A stretch of DNA of 50,486 nucleotides from Octopus sinensis (taxonomy: Eukaryota), in NCBI RefSeq assembly GCF_006345805.1, contig NW_021835132.1, positions 1 through 50,486 of the forward strand, in the 5' to 3' direction. This document shows, piece after piece, positions 49,556-50,486 of this stretch. A program made the position numbers and the translations under genes. How positions within the stretch are numbered: the first letter of the stretch is position 1; each line of letters begins with the position of its first letter. The notes under the pieces are model-generated. The model searched no databases, had not been told where the DNA came from, and saw only the letters and a list, made by a program, of their open reading frames with translations.

Positions 49556-49936
49556 TGGAAGCACTCCGTCGATTACGACGACGAGGGTTCCGGTTGATCC
49601 AATCAAGGAACATCCTGCTCGTGAAATTAACGTGTAAGTGGCTGAGCACTCCACAGACACGTGTACCCTTAACGCAGTTCTCGAGGATATTCAGCGTGAC
49701 ACAGAGAGTGACAAGGCCGGCCCTTTGAAATACAGGTACAACAGAAATAGGAAGTAAGAGTGAGAGAAAGTTGTGGTGAAAGAGTACAGTAGGGATCACC
49801 ACCATTCCTGCCGGAGCCTCATGGAGCTTTAGGTGTTTTCGCTCAATAAAAACTCACAACGCCCGGTCTGGGAATCGAAACCGCGATCCTACGACCGCGA
49901 GTCCGCTGCCCTAACCACTGGGCCATTGCGCCTCCA
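49556..49936 (-). mobile_element. tRNA-head SINE family D, tail type 2, 13-bp TSD
   Basis: CATCTCAGCTTGT at 49543-49555 and 49937-49949; head TGGCCCAGTGGTTAGGGCAGCGGACTCGCGGTCG. Confidence 0.92.
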
Positions 49937-50218
49937 CATCTCAGCTTGTATAGCATGTGTCACATGACCGTCTTTGGTTTAGTTTGATGCATAGATTTGT
50001 AAATGATACCCTATCCTCGATGGCGAGCTTGGATAAATGGGAGAAAATAGGTAATCTTGCGTACCCGTTCTGCGAGAGGGAACGTGTTCTGGTCGTTGGC
50101 AAAACGGTTCCTGCTTAAGGGACGTATATATGGTTGCAGAAACAGAGGATTAAAAATATGGTACAGATGAGATAAACTGCAAAAGACCGTGCTATCAGAA
50201 ATTCCAGCATTGTTCTAT

Positions 50219-50366
50219 ACTCTCTTTTACTTTATTTACTTGTTTCAGTCATTTGACTGCGGCCATGCTGGAGTCGAGCAAATCGCCCCCCAGGACTTAT
50301 TCTTTGTAAGCCTAGTACTTATTCTATCGGTTTCTTTTTGCCGAACCGCTAAGTTACGGGGACGAC
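50219..50366 (-). mobile_element. SINE family B 3' fragment
   Basis: Family B tail and 3' domain. Confidence 0.85.
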
Positions 50367-50486
50367 ATAAGCCCAAGCAAGAATGCCCACACGTGTGTGT
50401 GTGTGCATATATATATAATATATATATTATAATTAAACAATTCATATATGTATTGTGGTGTGTATATATTATGTATGTGTAGGCGC

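Noticed and set aside
49860-49936. tRNA genes at SINE heads
   Set aside because: A/B boxes are present but there is no complete cloverleaf or acceptor stem, and each continues into a SINE body, often with TSDs.

Overview
AT-rich, microsatellite-saturated eukaryotic intronic/intergenic DNA. The SINE families and repeat style suggest an octopod cephalopod (inference, not verified). No intact protein-coding gene is supportable: nearly all ORF-track entries are translations of simple repeats or SINEs. The window holds about 35 copies or fragments of four tRNA-head SINE families (called A-D here; several have clear target-site duplications). It also has at least four mariner relics, a Tc2/pogo-type MITE, a non-autonomous Helitron, 3' ends of two RTE-type LINE families, three asymmetric fold-back elements and a few weak candidate exons. 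The most notable signal is a set of short (150-210 bp) non-coding repeat families (E, F, G, H) that sit mostly in (TA)n arrays. Each carries a minimal type I hammerhead ribozyme motif (CUGANGA-stem II-GAAAC-GUH) with a loopless palindromic stem III. Families E and F use different but complementary stem sequences. Two intact E copies lie in tandem 664 nt apart, an arrangement expected of a Penelope-associated dimeric hammerhead or retrozyme. All coordinates were read by eye and may be off by a few bases; no searches or folding calculations were run.
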